IMG/VR virus record: IMGVR_UViG_3300027969_000172
Span: 1-42,881 of that record
Origin: a virus
Taxonomy: Duplodnaviria > Caudoviricetes
Length of the DNA stretch: 42,881 bases
Reading direction: 5' to 3' (one strand)
In this document: positions 17,373 through 24,824 of the stretch, piece after piece
How positions within the stretch are numbered: position 1 is the stretch's first letter
Layout of the letters: every line of letters starts with the position of its first letter
Translations under genes and position numbers: made by a program
The notes under the pieces: model-generated
The model's input: only the letters and a program-made list of their open reading frames with translations
Told to the model about the DNA's origin: nothing
Databases searched by the model: none

Positions 17373-18535
17373 GCTGACCGCCTTTCTTCAGAATCTGCTA
17401 ACACCTTGCCCACCTTACTCAAGTAAACAACATTGCTTGTGTCTTCATCAACCTCAACATCCTCTGATGGGGCAGTAAAGCCGGCTGCTGTTTTTGCCTG
17501 AAGCTTTGGTGAGATAACATTGCATTGATAGCCTGCCCACTCAAACTCTTGCAGGCCGCGAATGTGCTCTTTGACCACCGTGATCTTGTCGCCGTACTTT
17601 CTTTCGTGTTCTTTGACGTAGTGAACAATCTTCTTTGCTTGGCCGGTTGGCGTCCTGATAGTCTTGTCTCTGTCTTTGAAATAGTACGGAGTCTGGTCAT
17701 TATTAACGCCAAAAGTCACGCGCTCACCATTCTTTTTAACAACCACATTCCAGCGGTTATCGCGCTCTGACCACCAGTCATGCATCGCAACAAAATAGTT
17801 CTGAGCAATGATCTTGCACTCATTAACAGATCTTTCTTCATCCTCAAGATATTCTGCTGGGCCCCATGATTTTGTATAAAAAACAGTAGCTTTCCCATTT
17901 GCCTTGCGAGAGTTTGAGCTCTTGGCTGGGACTGTGTGGGGCCTTGTCTTTAATTCATCACAGAAGCTTATGACCCCCGTCTTTCTGTTTACTGTGATGT
18001 ACATATTGACCCACAACAATTTGCCATCCATATCAAAAGACATTCCAAATTGATACGGAACGCCCGTTGCCTTTGATACGTGCCAAGGCAGCTTGTTCAT
18101 CTTAATTGCAAAAATAAACTTCGCGTAAAATCTCTTTTGGGTGTTAACAGTATGCTCAGACGATTGAGAAATGCACATTAAGGCCGGTAGTGGTTTGGTC
18201 ACATCAACCAGCCTCTTCTCATTATCCCAATACATAAGCAGAGGGTTTGGCACATGGACGCCAAGCTTTTTTAGGCCAACGACAGAGTCTTTTGCAATCC
18301 AAGATCCGTCCATTGTTGGCAATTTAACATTGTTAAATGTGTGCTCAAGCTTATCCAGCAGCTCCGAGAAGTCTTGACGCCTTTCTTTGTTGTACTTACG
18401 GGGCTTGCGCGGCTCTGGCTTTTCCTCTGGCACCGCCTCTGGGATGGATTTAACGCTGGTGGTTCTGAAGTATGTAAACAGCTTGTTTACAAAGTGCCGA
18501 ACTTTGTCTGCAAGTGAGTGTGCTAGGGCTACCAT
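17369..18535 (-). CDS. Hypothetical protein (388 aa)
   Basis: Long ORF, AAGGAG RBS; C-terminal HYVKEHER...VKEHIRG repeated His motif. Confidence 0.75.
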   Translation of the reverse strand: MVALAHSLADKVRHFVNKLFTYFRTTSVKSIPEAVPEEKPEPRKPRKYNKERRQDFSELLDKLEHTFNNVKLPTMDGSWIAKDSVVGLKKLGVHVPNPLLMYWDNEKRLVDVTKPLPALMCISQSSEHTVNTQKRFYAKFIFAIKMNKLPWHVSKATGVPYQFGMSFDMDGKLLWVNMYITVNRKTGVISFCDELKTRPHTVPAKSSNSRKANGKATVFYTKSWGPAEYLEDEERSVNECKIIAQNYFVAMHDWWSERDNRWNVVVKKNGERVTFGVNNDQTPYYFKDRDKTIRTPTGQAKKIVHYVKEHERKYGDKITVVKEHIRGLQEFEWAGYQCNVISPKLQAKTAAGFTAPSEDVEVDEDTSNVVYLSKVGKVLADSEERRSA

Positions 18536-18843
18536 GCATTTTTCTCCTTTAGTTTCTGTTCTGCAAAATCAACAGCCAGCTCCCAGACTTGCGCTTCAGC
18601 GGTATTGAACAGTAATCCGTTCTCAAGTACGCGCTTGCCATTCCTTTCTTCATCAGTCAGGCCCTCCCACTCGCGGTCATCGAGCTGCTCCACCATGTCG
18701 CATATGCCGGCATAGCAAGTGGGGCAAAAAGCTACCGGGATAATCCCGATGTAGCCCTGAATGCCGCCTTCGTCATCTGTGAAATCACATTGGCAAACGC
18801 TGCATTCGTGGTCTGTTCCAACATGGTTAAAGCCTTCAATCAT
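18529..18843 (-). CDS. WxGLTDEE...KLKEKN family protein with Zn-finger N-terminus
   Basis: CSVC/CPTC plus WEGLTDEE...EQKLKEKNA. Confidence 0.7.
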   Translation of the reverse strand: MIEGFNHVGTDHECSVCQCDFTDDEGGIQGYIGIIPVAFCPTCYAGICDMVEQLDDREWEGLTDEERNGKRVLENGLLFNTAEAQVWELAVDFAEQKLKEKNAW

Positions 18844-19139
18844 GCGTTTTTCTCCTTAAATTTTTCTTCCACCAACACCTTAAAGATGAATGTGTTCAGG
18901 TGATCGGTTGGCCAGCTGGGTAGCTGTTTGATGATTCCCAAAGTCTCGGCATTAGTCAGGTTCTTCCAACGCTTCTTGGGCTTTCTTGGCTTAAATACGG
19001 GCACCCTTGGGTCAGAGAAGAAGTCAACATTGTCAGACCATGCCGCCCAAGTAAACAACCAGCGCCACATCATGTCTTGGTTTCGGCGTTTGTATTGGTA
19101 CTCTGCCATTCTCAGGCAAGCTTCTTGTCCTGGCTTCAT
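18840..19139 (-). CDS. WxxLT...KEKN family protein
   Basis: WKNLTNAE...EEKFKEKNA. Confidence 0.7.
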   Translation of the reverse strand: MKPGQEACLRMAEYQYKRRNQDMMWRWLFTWAAWSDNVDFFSDPRVPVFKPRKPKKRWKNLTNAETLGIIKQLPSWPTDHLNTFIFKVLVEEKFKEKNA

Positions 19140-19414
19140 GTGTTCTTCTCCTTTAGTTTGGCTTCAATGGCTCGGACGCAATCTTTTCTAGTTACCAAAG
19201 ATTCCCAGTCAATTAAGGCAATATCTTCATCAGTCAGCCCAACCCATGTGCTCTTCGCCATTGCATCGACTGCCCTGTATACGCTGGTCTGCGTCTGATA
19301 CATCATGCCGTCAATAAATCCGCGCTCGTAGTCTGGCCCTTGGTCAAGCCGTGGCTTACGCAAAACCCATTTATCGGGGTCTGTTGGGTGGTCTTCAAAG
19401 TATGCGGCTGTCAT
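19136..19414 (-). CDS. WxGLTDE...IEAKLKEKNT family protein
   Basis: YERGFIDGM; WVGLTDED...IEAKLKEKNT. Confidence 0.75.
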   Translation of the reverse strand: MTAAYFEDHPTDPDKWVLRKPRLDQGPDYERGFIDGMMYQTQTSVYRAVDAMAKSTWVGLTDEDIALIDWESLVTRKDCVRAIEAKLKEKNT

Positions 19415-19683
19415 GTGTTCTTCTCCTTGAGTTTGGCTTCAATAATTTGATAAATTTTTCTCAAAGTGGATTCTGTAAAGGCTTTGTCAATTTCCTCATC
19501 CGTCAGCCCTACCCAAGGGCGAACGTAGTCTTGAATGTCATCGTCATCTAACTTGCGGGATGGTTTTCTAAAGATTAGTTTCTCTGACTCGGTTGGGTGT
19601 GGCTCAAAGTAGTAAGGCTGACCCTTGATCTTTGCTTCATGAGCTATGCGCGCAAACTCATCATCTTCTTCTGTGCGGATCAT
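19411..19683 (-). CDS. WxGLTDE...IEAKLKEKNT family protein
   Basis: DDDDIQDYVRPWVGLTDEEI...IEAKLKEKNT. Confidence 0.75.
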   Translation of the reverse strand: MIRTEEDDEFARIAHEAKIKGQPYYFEPHPTESEKLIFRKPSRKLDDDDIQDYVRPWVGLTDEEIDKAFTESTLRKIYQIIEAKLKEKNT

Positions 19684-19862
19684 GATTCCTCCTGTAGTGA
19701 AATGGGAATATAGAAGCAGGCCTTGCTCTTGCTGTCCTGCACATTAACAACGCCGTTACCGCGCGTCTGCTCGGGGTGATCTACCCAGCGCTTACAGTTC
19801 TCACACTTGGAGCTGTAAACAACTGGCTTACATCTTGTGTATTCAGGAAGCAGAGGAGTCAT
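19680..19862 (-). CDS. Small Cys-containing protein
   Basis: RC...CENCKRW...C; AAGGAG RBS. Confidence 0.65.
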   Translation of the reverse strand: MTPLLPEYTRCKPVVYSSKCENCKRWVDHPEQTRGNGVVNVQDSKSKACFYIPISLQEES

Positions 19863-20091
19863 TTCTCTCCTTCAGCATGGCGTCTGCCATAGAGTAGGCG
19901 TCCATTGAAAGGCCATCCATCCAACCATTTGGATCAGTTAAATCCAAATCTTTTCCTAAGAAATTAGTTATAAACGATTGCATGGCCTTGGCAGCAAAGT
20001 AATCCCTTAGATCCATACCGCCTTCACCGCCTACAGCTGTGACACGCGCTTCGTTATTAACACTGATAGTGTGGGTAGGAAAAGCTTTCAT
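19843..20091 (-). CDS. GMxLRDYFAAKAMQ family phage protein
   Basis: MKAFP...GMDLRDYFAAKAMQ...AYSMADAMLKER; start 20091 by ATGA coupling. Confidence 0.8.
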   Translation of the reverse strand: MKAFPTHTISVNNEARVTAVGGEGGMDLRDYFAAKAMQSFITNFLGKDLDLTDPNGWMDGLSMDAYSMADAMLKERNDSSAS

Positions 20092-20252
20092 ACACGACTC
20101 CAGAACAAAAGAATTCCGGCAATAAGTACCACAAAGAAGATGACAACCACCGGCCAAAATGGTTGCTTTCCATACGGCCCACTGATGGGCTCACTATCGC
20201 AGTTAAACGCTTCGTGCATCGTGCGTGGATAACGCTTTGTTGTTTCATTCAT
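20088..20252 (-). CDS. Small membrane protein, first gene of leftward operon (not in ORF track)
   Basis: AGGAGG RBS; MNETTKRYPRTMHEAF...FWPVVVIFFVVLIAGILLFWSRV, 54 aa with one TM helix. Confidence 0.75.
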   Translation of the reverse strand: MNETTKRYPRTMHEAFNCDSEPISGPYGKQPFWPVVVIFFVVLIAGILLFWSRV

Positions 20253-20271
20253 ACTTGCCTCCTGTGTTAAT

Positions 20272-20301
20272 AATATAACTCATGAATAAATCACAAGTCA
20301 A
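20272..20301 (-). promoter_or_regulatory. Promoter of leftward replication operon
   Basis: TTGACT-18bp-TATATT; spacer contains ATTCATG half-site. Confidence 0.6.
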
Positions 20302-20314
20302 CTGTTATGTTACC

Positions 20315-20826
20315 AACTAAAAGCCCTCTTACCCGTTGACCCTCCCTCCCCCCCCAGAGGGTAGGTGTAGGACAGTCAACGACTCTTTATCAAGGAGCTT
20401 TGCCCAGTTAGTGAGCTACCGGCCAGCCAAGCCGCCCTCCCCTGAGATCCCGATAAGGTCAGTTTTCACCGGCCCCAACGATCAACTCCCAGCGTACTAG
20501 GGTATTTGTCTTTCGACATCCTTGTTTATTCCGTTCGATTACTCTACTTGGAGGTGCGGGTCACACCGAGGTTCTGTGTTCTTTGAGTTCAGCCCATACA
20601 GGCCATTAGCTAACGCGCTCTGACGGCTGCGTTGCGGGTGAGACTGGGACTGCTCACATGAAGCAGTGTTTTCAAAACATTTCGTCCTCTCAGGGGCAAC
20701 GGCGCTAACCCGTTACACAATCCCAGTCTCAAAAACAAAAAAGCCACTTACAACTGCCCCGTTGCGGTTCCCCTAGACGGGGCGAGGCAGATGTAAATGG
20801 CTTTCAAGGTTGACCGCAACGACAAC
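20315..20826 (-). ncRNA. Candidate ~510-nt structured non-coding transcript (attenuator, multi-branch domain, G-rich hairpin)
   Basis: Own promoter, no convincing ORF, several long complementary stems (see findings). Confidence 0.55.
20732..20821 (-). terminator. Terminator/antiterminator (attenuator) leader
   Basis: Long stem 20783-20804 / 20740-20761 followed by U-tract; 5' CGUUGCGGU (20813-20821) is complementary to ACCGCAACG (20760-20768). Confidence 0.65.
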
Positions 20827-20832
20827 AGCTCG

Positions 20833-20861
20833 TTTATATCAAAGATATTTGCGTTGTGCAA
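20833..20861 (-). promoter_or_regulatory. Sigma70-type promoter driving the non-coding region
   Basis: TTGCAC-17bp-TATAAA with TGn extension. Confidence 0.65.
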
Positions 20862-20884
20862 TACCCTATGAAAAAAAAGTTTCC

Positions 20885-20905
20885 CATATTAACACTGTTA
20901 ATATG
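20885..20905. promoter_or_regulatory. Palindrome TTAACA-N-TGTTAA, longest copy
   Basis: CATATTAACACTGTTAATATG, 21 bp with perfect 10-bp arms. Confidence 0.75.
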
Positions 20906-20979
20906 AAAAAAGCCCCCGAGTGGTTAGTTCGGGGGCAAAGCAAACCCAACAAAGGAGAGTGGCAACTGCAAGTTACCGG
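20906..20979 (-). ncRNA. Candidate ~75-nt sRNA with anti-Shine-Dalgarno seed; its 3' hairpin is also the ruvC terminator
   Basis: Promoter TTGCAG-16bp-TAGAAT (20985-21012); hairpin GGUAACU-UGC-AGUUGCC; linker ACUCUCCUUUGUUGGG; terminator GCCCCCGA..UCGGGGGC-U6. Confidence 0.55.
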
Positions 20980-20992
20980 AATTTATTCTACA

Positions 20993-21454
20993 TCAATCTC
21001 CGTGAACTGCAATAAGAGCTGCATCAGCATACGCTTGGCCGGCACCCTTTTTATCCAACTCCCTCCAGAAGGGCCACATCTGTATGGCCAATGTCCTTGA
21101 CGCATCTTTGTCCTGACCAGTAAGACCCGCGCGCTTCTTCCATTGACTGGGTGTCACCATCGTCACAGGTATCTCAAACGCACCAAGCACACCTTGGATC
21201 ACGCCAGCTGAGTGACCGAAGGAGAACATCGAAGCCACGCCTTGGCCGGGCATACTGCCCACCAGCTCAACATACGCATGGAGCTTTTTATTCAATAGCC
21301 AGTACGGCCTGATCTTGGCAGCCAAAGCAGAAGCATTCACCCGATTGGCCGAGCCCGTCTTCATTGTTGGCATCCGGTGCCACTCAATAGGAGAGTTTGG
21401 TTCCAAAAAAACTATTGCACCAGACAGGCCGGGGTCTATTCCAATTTTGATCAT
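20993..21454 (-). CDS. ruvC: RuvC-like Holliday junction resolvase
   Basis: IGIDPGLSGA, YVE.V..MPGQGVASMFSFG, P.QWKK, ADAALIA. Confidence 0.88.
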   Translation of the reverse strand: MIKIGIDPGLSGAIVFLEPNSPIEWHRMPTMKTGSANRVNASALAAKIRPYWLLNKKLHAYVELVGSMPGQGVASMFSFGHSAGVIQGVLGAFEIPVTMVTPSQWKKRAGLTGQDKDASRTLAIQMWPFWRELDKKGAGQAYADAALIAVHGD

Positions 21455-21472
21455 ATTTTTCTTTCAAAGGTA

Positions 21473-21502
21473 TTGCAAGACATGAATATATGTGGGTACA
21501 AT
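21473..21502 (+). promoter_or_regulatory. Promoter of recombination operon
   Basis: TTGCAA-18bp-TACAAT; spacer contains ACATGAAT. Confidence 0.6.
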
Positions 21503-21532
21503 GTGTTGCCATTATAACCAAAGGAGATCCAG

Positions 21533-21865
21533 ATGACAAGGCGAGAGTTTTCTTTTCAGTTTGAAGACACCACGATTTGCTTCGTGCAGCTGTACCACGA
21601 CTGTTGGATTTGCAGTTTGCCCAACCTTCCAGCCGAAAGACTTAGGAAGAGACTTTTAGGTTCCGACCTTTCTGTTGACGAGCTTGACCTCTCACTAAGG
21701 TTAAGAAATTTTCTAAAGTCAGAAAACCTGACAACCATTTATGACGTAATCCAACGAACCGAAAACGAAATATTGAAGTGCCCAAATATTGGACGAGGCT
21801 CACTCAAGGATTTGAAGGCCGCCTTGGCCGCATTCGGATTTGAACTTAGGAAGTTACGCATATGA
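21533..21865 (+). CDS. Stand-alone RNA polymerase alpha C-terminal-domain homologue
   Basis: VDELDLSLRLRNFLKSENLTTIYDVIQRTENEILKCPNIGRGSLKDLKAAL aligns by eye with RpoA CTD [58 protein letters not shown] RBS. Confidence 0.85.
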   Translation: MTRREFSFQFEDTTICFVQLYHDCWICSLPNLPAERLRKRLLGSDLSVDELDLSLRLRNFLKSENLTTIYDVIQRTENEILKCPNIGRGSLKDLKAALAAFGFELRKLRI

Positions 21866-22755
21866 TTATCACAAACAAATACAACTTACCTCAAACCTTC
21901 GTGAACATCATGAAGCGGCCTACCTACTCCAAGGGTAAGGCAAACATCTCAGCCACCGAGCTGTTGAACTCTCCGCGCATCGTCCAGCTGCGTAAACTGC
22001 ACGAAGACAAGATCGAGACTGACGTTACAGAGATGGTCTGGTCTATCTTTGGGACGGCCATCCATGGCGTTCTTGAGCATGGTGCAGATGAGAACCACAT
22101 GATTGAAGAGCGCTTACACGCAAAGCTTGATGGCTGGTCTATCTCTGGTGCCATTGACTTGCAGATTGTCAATGAGGACGGGACTGTAACGATCAACGAT
22201 TACAAGACTACGGGCGCTTGGTCTGTGATGAACGAGAAGATTGACTGGGAATATCAGCTCAACATCTACGCATGGTTAGTTGAGAAAGTTAAGGGTGATA
22301 CGGTTTCCAAGCTAGAGATCGTAGCTATCATCAGAGACTGGTCACGCCGTGATGCCGCTATGAAGGCAGGCTATCCTGACGCGCCAATTAAGGTGATCCC
22401 GATCCGCCTGTGGCCAATGGAAGAGCGCGAAGCCTTTATCCAACAGCGAATCAAAGAACACTCCAACGCACTATTTGATTTGGAGACAGGAGATGAGCTG
22501 CCATTTTGTACGCCCGACCAGATGTGGGAGAAGCCTACAACATACGCAGTAAAAAAGATTGGTAATGTCAAAGCAAGAAACGTTTGCAATACCGATGAGG
22601 AAGCTCAAGCCAAGGTGGCCGAGTATGGAAAGGATTACGAAATCATAGTCAGACAGGGAGAGAGAACGCGCTGCGCTGAGTTCTGCTCTGTCAGTAGGTT
22701 TTGTAATCAGTACAAAGAGTATTTAACAACAAAGGAAAACAATGTCAGTTCATAA
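21862..22755 (+). CDS. PD-(D/E)xK exonuclease (RecB/Cas4-like)
   Basis: SATEL, GTAIH..LE, ISGAID...INDYKTT, QLNIY, C-terminal RC..FC.V..FC.Q. Confidence 0.85.
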   Translation: MIITNKYNLPQTFVNIMKRPTYSKGKANISATELLNSPRIVQLRKLHEDKIETDVTEMVWSIFGTAIHGVLEHGADENHMIEERLHAKLDGWSISGAIDLQIVNEDGTVTINDYKTTGAWSVMNEKIDWEYQLNIYAWLVEKVKGDTVSKLEIVAIIRDWSRRDAAMKAGYPDAPIKVIPIRLWPMEEREAFIQQRIKEHSNALFDLETGDELPFCTPDQMWEKPTTYAVKKIGNVKARNVCNTDEEAQAKVAEYGKDYEIIVRQGERTRCAEFCSVSRFCNQYKEYLTTKENNVSS

Positions 22756-23446
22756 GAAACTCATGCAAGCGAGGGTCAAGCTTCAGTCTGTAGAGATGAA
22801 AAAGTCTGGCCTCAATAAATTTGCCGGCTACACATATTTTGAGCTAGGTGACTTCATCCCCCACGTTCAGGTCATCTTTAACGACCTTGGCCTGTGCGGT
22901 GTCGTGACGTTTAACATTGAGTATGCCCAGCTATGCATCACCGATGTAGAAGATGGCACAGTCATTGTGATCACCAGCCCAATGGCCGCAGCCGAACTTA
23001 AGGGCGCACACCCCATACAAAATTTGGGCGCGTCACTTTCGTATCAACGCCGTTATTTATGGATGGCAGCCATGGAGCTTACGGAACATGACCCCATAGA
23101 TTCCGCGCCTCCTGTAGAAGCGCCAAAGCCTGCGGCCACACAAACCCCTGCGCCAGCTCCAAAACCCGCCCAAAAGCCCGTTAAACAGCGCCCAGACCCT
23201 ATTCCACCCCAGCACGTAGAACCAGACCGCTGGACGATCATCATTGACGCACCAGATGACGCAACATGGGTTGACATGATGGTTGCCGCCAATGACCTGA
23301 AGATCAGCATGGCCGAGAGTGCAGACCATCTAAAAGAGATGTTTCAAGTGAATAAACCCCAATACGACAAGCTCAAATCTTTGAACGCATCTGTCTATGC
23401 GGATGTCATTGACAAATTTTCAGCAGCTAAACGATCATTTTTTTAA
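22742..23446 (+). CDS. ERF-family single-strand annealing protein
   Basis: KSG.NKF..Y.Y.EL.D, Q.LGA..SY.RRY.W.AAM.L...D.D; Pro-rich linker; adjacent to exonuclease. Confidence 0.85.
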   Translation: MSVHKKLMQARVKLQSVEMKKSGLNKFAGYTYFELGDFIPHVQVIFNDLGLCGVVTFNIEYAQLCITDVEDGTVIVITSPMAAAELKGAHPIQNLGASLSYQRRYLWMAAMELTEHDPIDSAPPVEAPKPAATQTPAPAPKPAQKPVKQRPDPIPPQHVEPDRWTIIIDAPDDATWVDMMVAANDLKISMAESADHLKEMFQVNKPQYDKLKSLNASVYADVIDKFSAAKRSFF

Positions 23447-23456
23447 GGAGTAACTA

Positions 23457-23720
23457 ATGGACTATCCAAATCGCGGTACTTTGTGGAATAACGGCTACAA
23501 GAAAACAGACGCACAACCGGACATGAAAGGCGACATCAAGCTTGAGATTGACTTGGTCAAAGAGCTACTGGAAAACGCAGAGTCAGATCACGTTGTTATT
23601 AAGCTTAGCGCATGGCTGGGCAAGGACAAGGAAGGCAAGCGCAAGGTTAGCCTTCAGCATGACGGTTACAAGCCAGCAGCCCCTGCGGCCTCTAGCGCAA
23701 AGGACCCATGGGATGACTAA
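23457..23720 (+). CDS. Small SSB-like protein (DUF736-like)
   Basis: G.LW.N..K....QPD..G.I...LSAW, acidic/aromatic tail DPWDD. Confidence 0.65.
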   Translation: MDYPNRGTLWNNGYKKTDAQPDMKGDIKLEIDLVKELLENAESDHVVIKLSAWLGKDKEGKRKVSLQHDGYKPAAPAASSAKDPWDD

Positions 23721-23931
23721 ATCAGCCAAACCAAAGACCATGAAGGAATGGGAGAGGGTTTGTAAAAACCTTAACGATGTTATTTACGCTCAATACGGCA
23801 ACGAAGAAAAGCTGGAAGTAAAGATTGCCAACCTTGAAGATCAGATTGGCAAGCTGGAAGAGCAGCTGACCATGTCTGTAGGCGTCATTAAATACTTGGA
23901 GTTAAAAATTGTCAGACCCGATTCAATTTGA
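23713..23931 (+). CDS. Small coiled-coil protein
   Basis: Likely start MTKSAK overlapping previous stop; GVIKYLE. Confidence 0.55.
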   Translation: MTKSAKPKTMKEWERVCKNLNDVIYAQYGNEEKLEVKIANLEDQIGKLEEQLTMSVGVIKYLELKIVRPDSI

Positions 23932-24331
23932 AGCGATCAAGACGGGGCTTAAACAATCCAAGGACGGCTATATGCTGTCTTTGGCTGTTCACCCTGACGA
24001 GCTACACAACGACCTCATGCGCGACTTTGTAGGCTCGCGCTACGTTGTTGTGATGGTGCGTCTGGGTGATGATGAACAACCGATGAACCGCGAACATGAG
24101 TTTCCCGGTGATCATGCGGTGAAGCTGGCCGGCATTATGTGCCGTGATCCAGACTTTTGGGAGTGGCTGCACCAGAAACAGTGGCTGATGGAAAAGAACG
24201 AGAAGGCTTGTGCCAGTTGGATCTCATCCTACTTGGACATAGAGTCTCGCAAAGAGCTTAAAACCAACGAAGAAGCCCGCCATTTATTTAACCAATTGCG
24301 AACCAGCTTCGAAGCTTGGAGGAAAGCATGA
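23909..24331 (+). CDS. Phage hypothetical protein
   Basis: QFEA.K..LKQ.KDGY.L...VHP; AG.MCRDPDFW...I.SRKEL. Confidence 0.7.
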   Translation: MSDPIQFEAIKTGLKQSKDGYMLSLAVHPDELHNDLMRDFVGSRYVVVMVRLGDDEQPMNREHEFPGDHAVKLAGIMCRDPDFWEWLHQKQWLMEKNEKACASWISSYLDIESRKELKTNEEARHLFNQLRTSFEAWRKA

Positions 24332-24603
24332 AGAAACTAATCCCTTACAGCGTCTATTTACCCGTGGAGTATCACGACAAGATCAAGGAACTAGCCAAAC
24401 AGCGTAAAGCATCTTCTATGGTGCGTGACGCTATTTGCATGATCGTTGATGGTGACGATACTTTTAAGTCTGGGTATAACAAGGCGCTCAAAGACTGTGT
24501 CAAAGAGATTGATGCCTGCAAAGAGATCGAGCACATTGCCGTTCGCGGTAAGTACTTGGCCGACTTGCTGGCCGATCAGATTAAAGAACTGGAAATGCGA
24601 TGA
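24328..24603 (+). CDS. Ribbon-helix-helix-like DNA-binding protein
   Basis: YSVYLP...DKIKELA...SSMVRDAI; ATGA coupling. Confidence 0.6.
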   Translation: MKKLIPYSVYLPVEYHDKIKELAKQRKASSMVRDAICMIVDGDDTFKSGYNKALKDCVKEIDACKEIEHIAVRGKYLADLLADQIKELEMR

Positions 24604-24824
24604 AAGACATCACCGATCAAGTAATTGACATGGATAAAGCTTTGAGCAACGCTTTAATGAATACCGAGTGCGAAGATCCAATCGTTGCAGTCATTTCATT
24701 GAGCAAGATTCTTTGTGAGTTGCTGGTAGAGCTGGGCATGGATGACGAGGAGCAGGCAACAGCAGCTTTCCGCGACACGCTTAGAAACACCCGCAAGGAA
24801 CACATTGATAAAGAGGTTCACTAA
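24600..24824 (+). CDS. Small hypothetical protein
   Basis: ATGA overlap, 74 aa acidic. Confidence 0.6.
   Translation: MKDITDQVIDMDKALSNALMNTECEDPIVAVISLSKILCELLVELGMDDEEQATAAFRDTLRNTRKEHIDKEVH

Noticed and set aside
19136-19443. Repeat pair as DGR template/variable region
   Set aside because: Only 33 bp with a single mismatch, both copies are coding 3' ends, and no reverse transcriptase is present in the window
20057-20248. 63-aa ORF from the track
   Set aside because: The overlapping frame 20088..20252 has the better-spaced AGGAGG, a clear TM helix and ATGA coupling to the next gene
20660-20695. Hammerhead-like words CUGAGAG-GAC-GAAA on the minus strand
   Set aside because: No CUGANGA spacing, no stem II and no correctly placed NUH after the putative stem III
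20640-20730. tRNA gene
   Set aside because: Cloverleaf-like, but lacks the TTCRA T-loop, D-loop GG and standard arm lengths
20810-21100. 96-aa plus-strand ORF and the AAAGGAGAGTG RBS-like word within it
   Set aside because: TTG start without RBS, crosses promoter, palindrome and terminator, and overlaps ruvC antisense; better explained as the complement of an sRNA seed, although a short peptide cannot be fully excluded
21862-22755. Cas4-like nuclease as sign of a CRISPR system
   Set aside because: No repeat-spacer array or other cas genes; it sits with ERF and SSB-like genes as a recombination exonuclease
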